A stretch of 64,000 nucleotides of DNA, from positions 1,737 to 65,736 of the forward strand of contig JAIOYV010000003.1 of assembly GCA_021740905.1 (NCBI GenBank). The letters run 5' to 3'. The notes under the pieces were generated by a model, which was given only the letters and a program-made list of their open reading frames with translations, did not search any database and was not told the DNA's origin. This stretch comes from Bacteroidales bacterium (GTDB lineage Bacteria; Bacteroidota; Bacteroidia; Bacteroidales; M50B96). Shown here in pieces: positions 48,437 through 56,049 of the stretch. Numbering within the stretch: the first letter of the stretch is position 1; each line of letters opens with the position of its first letter. A program made the translations under genes and the position numbers.

Positions 48437-49888
48437 ATGAAAGTAAATCTTTTTTCTATTACAAATGCTGTATTGGTCTTAACTTTGTTCTTTGCAGTAA
48501 GTTGCAAAAAAGATGATAGGAACAAAAACCCAACCTGTGAAATTGCCTCACCCGCAGCCAACCAAGTGTTTGCCAAAGGAATTGTGATTCCCATTATAGT
48601 TAATGCCACTGATGATGATGGAACCATAGAGGAAGTTCAGTACCAGGTAGATAATGTGGGGGTTGGCTCGGCTACCAGTTTCCCCTACGAATTCAATTGG
48701 AACTCAGGAGAAGGAACATTAGGTAGCCATACCATCATAGCCACCAGCAAGGACAACAACGGAGGTTCTGCATCTGATGAGGTGACCATAACCCTTATTG
48801 AAGGAAGTGCCCCGTTAGCCGGATTTTCTGCCACACCCCAAACCGGGATCATCCCAATAAATGTGAAGTTTACCGATGAGTCGCAGAATAATCCGGTAAG
48901 TTGGCTATGGGATTTTGGTGATGGCTCAGCTTCAACCGAACAGAATCCTGTTCATACATATTCAAATGCGGGTAAATACACTGTTGTTCTTACCGTAGTA
49001 AATTCTTATGGGACCGATTCTGAAACGAAAACGGAATTTATTGAAGCCACTACAGGCATCCCTGTGGTAAACTTTTCTGCCAGCGATAGTATTATTATTG
49101 TTGGGGAAAGTGTATCTTTTACTGATTTGTCAACCGATTCTCCCATCACTTGGGACTGGGATTTTGGCGATGGAAACTCTAGCTTTGAGCAGAATCCAAC
49201 CCATGTTTATGATACAGTTGGAATTTATACCGTAATGTTAACAGCCAACAATTCCTATGGTAGTGGCACAGAAACCAAAACCAATTTCATTACTGTAGAA
49301 AGTACGGATGGTCATCCCTGCCCGGAAATCCCAACATTTGAATACGAAGGGCAAACCTACAACACTGTAAAAATTGGCGACCAGTGTTGGATGAAAGAAA
49401 ACCTGAATTACGAAACTAGTAGTGGCAGCTATTGTTATGATGATGATCCTGTTAATTGTGAAACCTACGGGAGGCTCTATATCTGGAATGCAATTATGAA
49501 TGGAGAAAGTGGTAGTAATGATGTACCCAGTGGTGTACTCGGTATCTGTCCGTCTGGTTGGCATATTCCAAGTGATGCAGAATGGGATGTAATTGTCAAT
49601 TATCTGGGAGGAAATAATGTTGCAGGAGGGAAAATGAAAGAAGTCGGATATGAGCATTGGGAGAATCCGAATGAGGATGCAGACAATTCAAGTGGGTTTA
49701 CAGCACTGCCAGGGGGCGAGAAATATGGCACATTCAACGGGTTGGGCAGCTACGGCCGTTGGTGGTCGTCTACACAGTTTTCCCCCACACAAGCCTGGTA
49801 TCGAACCATGTCTGGCATTTGGGGGGGCGTGTACCAGGATTACACCAACAAGTTGAAAGGGTTCTCATTGCGTTGTCTCAAAGACTAG
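48437..49888 (+). CDS. Lipoprotein with an Ig-like domain, two PKD domains and a C-terminal Fibrobacter-succinogenes-major-paralogous (FISUMP, TIGR02145-like) domain
   Basis: 483 aa. Lipobox FFAVSC-KKDD. Two PKD repeats (WLWDFGDGSAS…NPVHTY; WDWDFGDGNSS…NPTHVY). The C-terminus reads YNTVKIGDQCWMKENL…GRLY…CPSGWHIPSDAEW…GFSLRCLKD. Confidence 0.85.
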   Translation: MKVNLFSITNAVLVLTLFFAVSCKKDDRNKNPTCEIASPAANQVFAKGIVIPIIVNATDDDGTIEEVQYQVDNVGVGSATSFPYEFNWNSGEGTLGSHTIIATSKDNNGGSASDEVTITLIEGSAPLAGFSATPQTGIIPINVKFTDESQNNPVSWLWDFGDGSASTEQNPVHTYSNAGKYTVVLTVVNSYGTDSETKTEFIEATTGIPVVNFSASDSIIIVGESVSFTDLSTDSPITWDWDFGDGNSSFEQNPTHVYDTVGIYTVMLTANNSYGSGTETKTNFITVESTDGHPCPEIPTFEYEGQTYNTVKIGDQCWMKENLNYETSSGSYCYDDDPVNCETYGRLYIWNAIMNGESGSNDVPSGVLGICPSGWHIPSDAEWDVIVNYLGGNNVAGGKMKEVGYEHWENPNEDADNSSGFTALPGGEKYGTFNGLGSYGRWWSSTQFSPTQAWYRTMSGIWGGVYQDYTNKLKGFSLRCLKD

Positions 49889-50148
49889 TCTATTATGATT
49901 GAAGAAAGTCCAACAAAATCCAAAATGCTATGCAATTATACTTTCGTCAGATGATGGGAAAAAACCGGAATCACTAAACACCATTAGAATCCATCAAGCA
50001 TTGCCACTAACGGTGATGGTAAGGTATCGTGCGGGAGTACGAGGCGATTTCCTATCAGTTTACACCGACTTTTATAGGAGCTGCAAACGATCGAAAACCA
50101 CTGAAACCCGTTCGCACTATACCATGTATTGTGCCTTGTTGTATATTT

Positions 50149-50222
50149 TTCTGTTCGTGCGGTTGGACAGACACACTCTTTGACAAGCTTTGGTTTAAGC
50201 GTTGGCTGGTAGGGCTTGGCAA
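50149..50222. repeat. Left copy of the imperfect direct repeat flanking the XRE/PHP-ATPase/AlbA_2 cassette
   Basis: It shares ttctgtt, gacaagct, ttggttt, agcgttggct and ggcaa, in the same order with small gaps, with 54315..54383. Confidence 0.5.
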
Positions 50223-50257
50223 TGAGTGAGGCTGAGAAGGGCTGGCATAGTGACTCG

Positions 50258-51430
50258 TTATTTCTTTTCTGGTCTTGGAATTATGACTTTGAATTGTTCG
50301 CCTTCAACATCGTTGATAAGTTCGATATTTGGTTGAGCTTCCAATGCTCGGTTAATACCAGAACCAAACCCACGATAAATCATCAACTTTGAACAATAGG
50401 ACACCAAAAGGTTGTTACGTACAACTGCATGACCCATTTTTATATTTTCTATGGTAAGGTTATTTGGTAGAGAACCAGGACTCACAATTTCAATTCGATT
50501 ATCAAATATCATTATCCTTATGGGTGAATTTTTGGAATAGTCTCTATGTACCAAAGCATTCTGCACAAATTCTTCTAATGCGATTTGTGAAATTTCCAAT
50601 TTGCCCACAGAATTAAAATTCTGACCTGCCTGAATATGAAGTAAATTTGAGGTGAAAAACCTCATAGTTTCCTCAAAGATTTCAGGAATGCATCCCTCTA
50701 TATCTTGACTGCTTCTGTATTCCGTTCCTCCAATACTGTTACCAAAAAATGAAATTGCCTTTACGCAAAACGCAGGTCTATACTTCTGTGGATTATTTGC
50801 AAAAAATAAAAGACCACCTAAAGTAAGACGACCCTCTTTAATAATATTCAAATTATGTAGAAGATTTTCGGTAATATCAATACTTTCATCTGATTCTCTT
50901 TTTTGAACGGCTTTTACATATTTTTCGACTTTGGAAACTTCAACATCATTAACAGTTGTTTGTGGAATAATCATTTCATCCAAATACAAGATTCCACTTT
51001 GTTGAAACAATCGTATCTGCTCATTATTGTCTGTTAGCCGTCTCTTATCAGAACCTTGCTTTATCCAGATGGCACCATTCTTATCTTTGTAAGGCTTAGC
51101 GGTCCCTTCAGAAATTTCAACTATCAGTACTTTTTTATCATCTTCGGAAGAAGAAACACCAACAACTTCTGTATAAATAAAAATCTGTGGTTTTACCATA
51201 TCATTGGCAATGTTTGCTAACAATTGATTGTAGTCTTGAATCTGTTTTATACTAAGTCCTGTAATCTTTCCGGTTTTATCTTCAACACCAAAAAATAGTT
51301 TACCTCCTCTGGAATTAGAAAAGGCTATCATTTCGGCAGCAATAGAATCGTTGCTGTCAATCTCTCTTTTAAACTGTACCTTACTTGTTTCGCCAGTGCT
51401 AATTATATCCAGTAATTCTAATGCGTTCAT
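50258..51430 (-). CDS. AlbA_2 (Schlafen-like, divergent-AAA) + HATPase_c_4 domain protein
   Basis: 390 aa. N-terminus: GETSKVQFKREI…IAFSNSRGGKLFFGVEDKTGKITGL. C-terminus: VQNALVHRDYS…RIEIVSPGSLP…YRGFGSGINR. Its start overlaps the upstream stop (ATGA). Confidence 0.85.
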   Translation of the reverse strand: MNALELLDIISTGETSKVQFKREIDSNDSIAAEMIAFSNSRGGKLFFGVEDKTGKITGLSIKQIQDYNQLLANIANDMVKPQIFIYTEVVGVSSSEDDKKVLIVEISEGTAKPYKDKNGAIWIKQGSDKRRLTDNNEQIRLFQQSGILYLDEMIIPQTTVNDVEVSKVEKYVKAVQKRESDESIDITENLLHNLNIIKEGRLTLGGLLFFANNPQKYRPAFCVKAISFFGNSIGGTEYRSSQDIEGCIPEIFEETMRFFTSNLLHIQAGQNFNSVGKLEISQIALEEFVQNALVHRDYSKNSPIRIMIFDNRIEIVSPGSLPNNLTIENIKMGHAVVRNNLLVSYCSKLMIYRGFGSGINRALEAQPNIELINDVEGEQFKVIIPRPEKK

Positions 51431-54042
51431 ATTGATTTTATTTTTTCAATGTTCCAAATGCTGTAAATATTTTTCCTGCGATTAAATGCCTCGTCTCCAC
51501 CTTCCATTATGTCAACAATAAACCGTTGTGTCTGGTGATTATCAATAGTGCCTGAATGTACGGTGATTTTCTTGTCATCAAAGCTGCACGAAACAACTTT
51601 TTCACTATCACCAAGCACAGGGATATTGGCATTATGGGTAGCAAAGACAAATTGCATAGTACCCTTTATTTCCTTTAGCTCTTTTATTACTTCATCATAA
51701 ATGGTTTGATTATCTAAATCATCTTCGGGTTGGTCAATAATCAATACATCATTTTCCCTTTGAGCCAATAAGAAAAGAATTAATGCTGATGCTCGTTGCC
51801 CTAGAGAATGTTTGTCTAATGATTTTCCATTGTATTGAATGACTATTTTATTTTCTACTTTAAAAGTGAGCAAGTCTTCCAGACTTTCAGAAAACCTTCG
51901 TTTAAAATCAACTACATGATTTTCATTCAATATGTCATCCAATTTACTGCTGTCTCTGTATATCTGAATGAAGTCTTTGTAGTTAGCTTCAATCTCCTGA
52001 TAAGCTGTTTCCCGAATGTTTGTACCCCTAAAAATTTGCTTCATCTTGTCAGTAAGTTTATCCCTCCTGCCTTTGAATTCAACATCAATTGAAATTTTAC
52101 TTTCTGCTTCATTAATCCTTTTTACCTCTTTATTGAGAACATTATATTCTTCAAGCCAAAGGTTATCAAGTTCAGTAAGACGTTCTAGTAAATTGGTTTG
52201 CAAATCGCTTCTTCTCTTTTCAGATTTTTCTATTTCCTTTAATTTTAAAAGGGCAGTTTCAATTAGCCTGTTAAGATTCAGAAAATTATCGGGATTAATG
52301 GTGTCTGTGTTTATTTCCCGTTTAATCTTTGCAAAATCTTCCTTTAAACCTTCTTTTTTGGTATTTATTTTTGCAATTACCTCTTTTAATTTCTGTTGAC
52401 TGAGTATAGAATTCTTTTGGATCGTTTTTAGTTTTTCAAACTCAATTTTTAGTTCTTGAATGATTGTTTTTGCTTCTTCAAATAATTCTTTATTAATTTC
52501 TGAACCAGTAATTTCTTGTTGAAAAAAATAATCATGATTAGAAATTACAGATGCCAATTCGTTTAAATAACCTCTGACAGTTGATTCATTTTGAGCCAGT
52601 TTTGAAATATCAGAATCAAAAAGTGTTTGTTGTTTCAATTTATCTTCAATACCTTTTTCTTTAAAGTAATTAAGTTGATGCTTCGAGTTTTGTATTTGAG
52701 CATCTGTTTCTTTTTTTAAGTCCTTTAAATTTTGGAGTTTTTTTAGTTCTGATATTATGTTTTCAACCTCTCTTTTCTTTTGCTCAATTTTAACTTGAAC
52801 TGCTTTTAATCTTGTTCCAATTAATCGTTTAATCAAATCACCTTCAAAATCTTTTCCCTTATTCGACAGGTCTTTTTGTCCAAAGTAAATTGGGGAATTA
52901 AAGCCTGTAGCATCAATAGAAATTCCAGGTTGAAGTAGGTTGTTTTTATAAATATCTTCTTTTTGACCATACAGTTTTTCTATCCTATATTCTTCATTTT
53001 GCTTGTTGACTATGGTAACTATAGCTTTTCCTCCGCTACCCATTGAACGGGTTACTAATGAATTTTTATAATCCGGGTCAGCGGCATTAATAGGCAGCGA
53101 GATTCCAAGAACATAGCGTAAAACTTCCAATAACGATGATTTTCCACTTCCCCTGATTCCGATTAAATTGTTGAGTTCAGGTGAAAAATCAATTCTTGTT
53201 CCTTCTAATAAACCACCTTCAAATGCAATTGATTTGATGTAAGCATTTTTTATGTCAGGTTTGTCTTTCGGTGAAACTCTGTATTCACTATCCGTCAATG
53301 CAAAAGTTAGTGCTTCAAAATTAAAATCCCCTATTTTTATATAAGTAACCTTGCCTTTTCCTATAGCATCAATGCCTCCATGAGCATTATCTGAACCTTC
53401 AATACAAGCGATTTTACTCTTTCTATTCAGCCACAAACAAAGTTTGTTGTAATTTTCAAGATTTGCACTTTTCTGAACAGCCAAGACCTTATTGAATGAT
53501 TCTTGCTTCACAAAAACCTCTTGAGTTCTACCTCTCAACTCCGTAAATAATCCATTGCTGTCGTCAATGTGAGCCAAGACAATAAAGTAATCGTATCCGA
53601 TTTTGTCTAATGCTTCTACAGTTTCTTTTAGATTGAAGTTTGAATTTGGGTAATTAGGCTTGTCATAGCTAGAAATGCCATAAAAAGCATTCTCCAAAAA
53701 TTTATTGATATTGTCTGTTTCACCCTGATACCATTTATCATCGAAAACAACTAAAATGTGAATTCCTTCTTTTAATGAGAATTCAACTCCTGCAAATAAT
53801 CCAATACCTTCTTTTATTGCTTTCTTTCTTAGGGCAACAAATTCATTTTTATCAAATTTATTATGATTGGTAATGACTCCAGCATTGATATTTTGTTCTT
53901 TAAGTTTTTCGATATAAAGTCGGCAGAAATCATTCTCGTTACCTGTATACGAAAATTCTTTATCTGCCTTTGTATGCAAATGGAAATCAGCCCGAAGCCA
54001 AGTCGCACCATTTTTAAAAATATTTATAGTTTCGCTTTCCAT
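51427..54042 (-). CDS. PHP-domain phosphoesterase fused to an SMC/Rad50-like ABC ATPase with a long coiled coil (Ppl-like)
   Basis: 871 aa. PHP motifs ADFHLHT, ITNHN, VLAHIDD and GSDNAHG. Walker A GIRGSGKSS, then ~300 aa of coiled coil. Signature-like SLGQRAS, Walker B VLIIDQPEDDLD, and H-loop FATHN. Confidence 0.85.
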   Translation of the reverse strand: MESETINIFKNGATWLRADFHLHTKADKEFSYTGNENDFCRLYIEKLKEQNINAGVITNHNKFDKNEFVALRKKAIKEGIGLFAGVEFSLKEGIHILVVFDDKWYQGETDNINKFLENAFYGISSYDKPNYPNSNFNLKETVEALDKIGYDYFIVLAHIDDSNGLFTELRGRTQEVFVKQESFNKVLAVQKSANLENYNKLCLWLNRKSKIACIEGSDNAHGGIDAIGKGKVTYIKIGDFNFEALTFALTDSEYRVSPKDKPDIKNAYIKSIAFEGGLLEGTRIDFSPELNNLIGIRGSGKSSLLEVLRYVLGISLPINAADPDYKNSLVTRSMGSGGKAIVTIVNKQNEEYRIEKLYGQKEDIYKNNLLQPGISIDATGFNSPIYFGQKDLSNKGKDFEGDLIKRLIGTRLKAVQVKIEQKKREVENIISELKKLQNLKDLKKETDAQIQNSKHQLNYFKEKGIEDKLKQQTLFDSDISKLAQNESTVRGYLNELASVISNHDYFFQQEITGSEINKELFEEAKTIIQELKIEFEKLKTIQKNSILSQQKLKEVIAKINTKKEGLKEDFAKIKREINTDTINPDNFLNLNRLIETALLKLKEIEKSEKRRSDLQTNLLERLTELDNLWLEEYNVLNKEVKRINEAESKISIDVEFKGRRDKLTDKMKQIFRGTNIRETAYQEIEANYKDFIQIYRDSSKLDDILNENHVVDFKRRFSESLEDLLTFKVENKIVIQYNGKSLDKHSLGQRASALILFLLAQRENDVLIIDQPEDDLDNQTIYDEVIKELKEIKGTMQFVFATHNANIPVLGDSEKVVSCSFDDKKITVHSGTIDNHQTQRFIVDIMEGGDEAFNRRKNIYSIWNIEKIKSI

Positions 54043-54239
54043 TATTTCGCTTTTCTATCAGTTAATAATTCTTTGACTTCAACATCAAGGATTTCAGCAA
54101 TCTTGTACAAATCTTCTAAACTTGGTTGCCGTCTGTTTTGGGCATACGAATTTACCATATTGTAACTCTTGCCTAATTGCTCAGCCAACCATTTTTGTTT
54201 AATTCCCTTCTGTTCTAAAACGTCTTTTATCCGGTTCAT
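54042..54239 (-). CDS. XRE-family helix-turn-helix transcriptional regulator
   Basis: 65 aa. IKQKWLAEQLGKSYNMVNSYAQNRRQPSLEDLYKIAEIL is a Cro/C1-type HTH. Its stop overlaps the next start (TAATG). Confidence 0.8.
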   Translation of the reverse strand: MNRIKDVLEQKGIKQKWLAEQLGKSYNMVNSYAQNRRQPSLEDLYKIAEILDVEVKELLTDRKAK

Positions 54240-54262
54240 TCTTGAACTTTTTTATATTTTAC

Positions 54263-54270
54263 AAAAGTAA
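54263..54270 (-). promoter_or_regulatory. TAnnTTTG -7 box for the cassette operon
   Basis: The minus strand reads tacttttg, 24-31 nt upstream of the XRE ATG at 54239. Confidence 0.4.
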
Positions 54271-54314
54271 GAATAAATATTTTATATCTCACATAATGAG
54301 TATTTAAATCATCA

Positions 54315-54383
54315 TTCTGTTTGGGTGCAGTAGGAAAGGACAAGCTCTTTTGGTTTTTCAGCGTTGGCTTTGCGTGTCGGCAA
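54315..54383. repeat. Right copy of the imperfect direct repeat flanking the cassette
   Basis: See 50149..50222. The same ordered blocks occur here: ttctgtt … gacaagct … ttggttt … agcgttggct … ggcaa. Confidence 0.5.
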
Positions 54384-54547
54384 AAACCTAATGTTATTGA
54401 TGGAATAAACTAAGTAAATAGTAAGCACATTTACAACAAACGAATTTGAAGTTTAAATTGGGTTTATTAAGAAAAGGGAATTAAAATTCCGCAAGATTGG
54501 AATACTCACCCTCATTTTTCCGCCTTATTTTTACATCGAATTTAAAA

Positions 54548-55174
54548 ATGACTAGCATGGAAAAAATAGATTTTAAAAAGGAATTGAAGCAAGTATACAA
54601 AGCTTCTGACAAGAAAATTGAAGTGGTCGAAATCCCGGAATTGAAATACCTGGTGGTAAGTGGCACAGGATATCCTGGCGACAATCCTTTGTTTATGGAG
54701 GCTATTGAGATTTTGTATGGGGTGGCTTACACCCTCAAATTTATGCTGAAGGAGGAAAGCCTCCAGCCCAAAGGCTACTGTGATTTTGTGATCCCACCCC
54801 TCGAAGCCACCTGGTGCATGGGCGACGAAAAGTTCGATGCGAACCAACCCGAAAAATGGCAGTGGGACATGATGATCATGCAGCCCGGATGGATAAGTGA
54901 GGAGTTGATCGAAAAAGCCAAACAGGAAATCCGGAAAAAGAAAATGCAACCCATATTGGACAAGTTGCAGATGAAAGCCATTAAGGCACACAAGGCTGTG
55001 AAGACTTTACACATTGGCCCCTACGACGAGGTGAGCAAGGTGTACGAAAAACTCGAAGCTTACATCAACGAAAACGATTTGACTTGTTCTGGTCCATCAC
55101 GTGAAATTTACCTGAGTGATCCGCGACGCACTGCTCCCGAAAAATTGAAGACGGTGGTGATGTTACCAGGATAG
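54548..55174 (+). CDS. GyrI-like small-molecule-binding domain protein
   Basis: The track ORF starts at TTG 54497; ATG 54548 (or 54557, MEKIDFKKELKQVYKA) is preferred. …PELKYLVVSGTGYP… and …KTLHIGPYDEV…EIYLSDPRRT are GyrI-like/SOUL-type hallmarks. Confidence 0.8.
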   Translation: MTSMEKIDFKKELKQVYKASDKKIEVVEIPELKYLVVSGTGYPGDNPLFMEAIEILYGVAYTLKFMLKEESLQPKGYCDFVIPPLEATWCMGDEKFDANQPEKWQWDMMIMQPGWISEELIEKAKQEIRKKKMQPILDKLQMKAIKAHKAVKTLHIGPYDEVSKVYEKLEAYINENDLTCSGPSREIYLSDPRRTAPEKLKTVVMLPG

Positions 55175-55217
55175 TTAAAACTGTCTCATCTTCTCCCTCC
55201 CCATATATCCAAGGCCT

Positions 55218-55285
55218 TGTCATTTCGAGCCACAACCCAAAAATTTTGGGCACAAAAAGAAATGACAGTAAAGAGATTCCTTGGA
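55218..55285. repeat. Imperfect direct repeat, copy A (itself a hairpin tgtcatttc…gaaatgaca)
   Basis: It aligns with 55557..55623 through the blocks tgtcatt, cacaac, ccaaaaa, gggcacaaa and atgaca. Confidence 0.5.
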
Positions 55286-55311
55286 TCGGCTAAGGGATAT
55301 ACCCACATGTA

Positions 55312-55499
55312 GTTAAACCCCTTCAGGGTTTATACATAATACGACTTCCGGTCCATAGGTTTCACCTATGGCTATTCACATTTAACCACTCCGTGGTTAT
55401 TTGCTCCGACCAATCCCCAAAGGGATTAAACATGAATAGCCATGCACAAAGTGCATGGTAGCCGGACACTTTGATGAAAGAACCCTGAAAGGGTTCAAC
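55312..55499. repeat. 188-bp hairpin-packed element bounded by inverted repeats (MITE-like or structured RNA)
   Basis: The termini gttaaaccccttcagggttt and gaaccctgaaagggttcaac are 17/20 reverse-complementary. At least five further perfect 6-9-bp stems lie inside. Confidence 0.5.
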
Positions 55500-55556
55500 T
55501 TTCGTTTTTCTTTTGTGATTCCCGATTTTGTTATCAACCAGCCCCATACAAAACAC

Positions 55557-55623
55557 TGTCATTAGTCACAACTCCAAAAAAAAATTGGGCACAAAGAGAG
55601 ATGACAAAAGAAAGGATTTAGGA
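55557..55623. repeat. Imperfect direct repeat, copy B
   Basis: See 55218..55285. Confidence 0.5.
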
Positions 55624-56014
55624 TTGATGATTAACGATTTTAGATATAAGATGTGTGGCACGAACCACCAGATCAAAAATCAAAAATCGGAGATCTTCAT
55701 TCTGAAATCAAATTTGCATACTTCTTAATTAACAGTATTTACGATAAGATGTCATTTGTAGTTGAGCATTGAATCAAGCAATAATTATTTCGATAACTTG
55801 CCGGGAAACTCATATTGCGCCCCGAAGTCACCCCCATTGTCCACTTTCGCACAAACCTTTTCCGAAGCCGGACAAACCCGTCTAAAGACGGGAATTCAGA
55901 ATTAGCTTCAAAGAACAAAACAACAGCTACTTAAACCACCTGGCATAATACTGGATAATCGGGAACTGATTTAGCATCGACCAGTGGATAAACCTAAAAC
56001 ATAGACATAATCCC

Positions 56015-56022
56015 TATCTTTG
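56015..56022 (+). promoter_or_regulatory. TAnnTTTG -7 box upstream of the ABC exporter genes
   Basis: tatctttg lies 28 nt upstream of the ATG at 56050. Confidence 0.4.
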
Positions 56023-56049
56023 CATCCAATTTATTTTGAAGTTGAAAGT

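Larger units (their letters stand above)
50223..54314 (-). other. AT-rich inserted cassette (putative defence islet) bounded by imperfect direct repeats
   Basis: Three overlapping minus-strand genes lie between the two repeat copies. Lines counted by hand are ~30-40% GC versus ~42-50% in the nearby acs gene. No integrase is present. Confidence 0.5.

Noticed and set aside
49889-50257. 369-bp gene-free spacer next to the cassette: group II intron fragment, retron msr/msd or pseudogene?
   Set aside because: A GTGCG pentamer occurs (near 50027 and 50155), but no domain-V-like hairpin, reverse-transcriptase gene or a1/a2-type long inverted repeat is present. The 94-aa and 66-aa track ORFs have no recognisable sequence. 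Only the direct repeat at 50149-50222 is retained as a finding.
55362-55562. 66-aa minus-strand ORF
   Set aside because: It runs through the stack of perfect hairpins of the 188-bp element. Its open frame is more simply explained by repeat structure than by coding.
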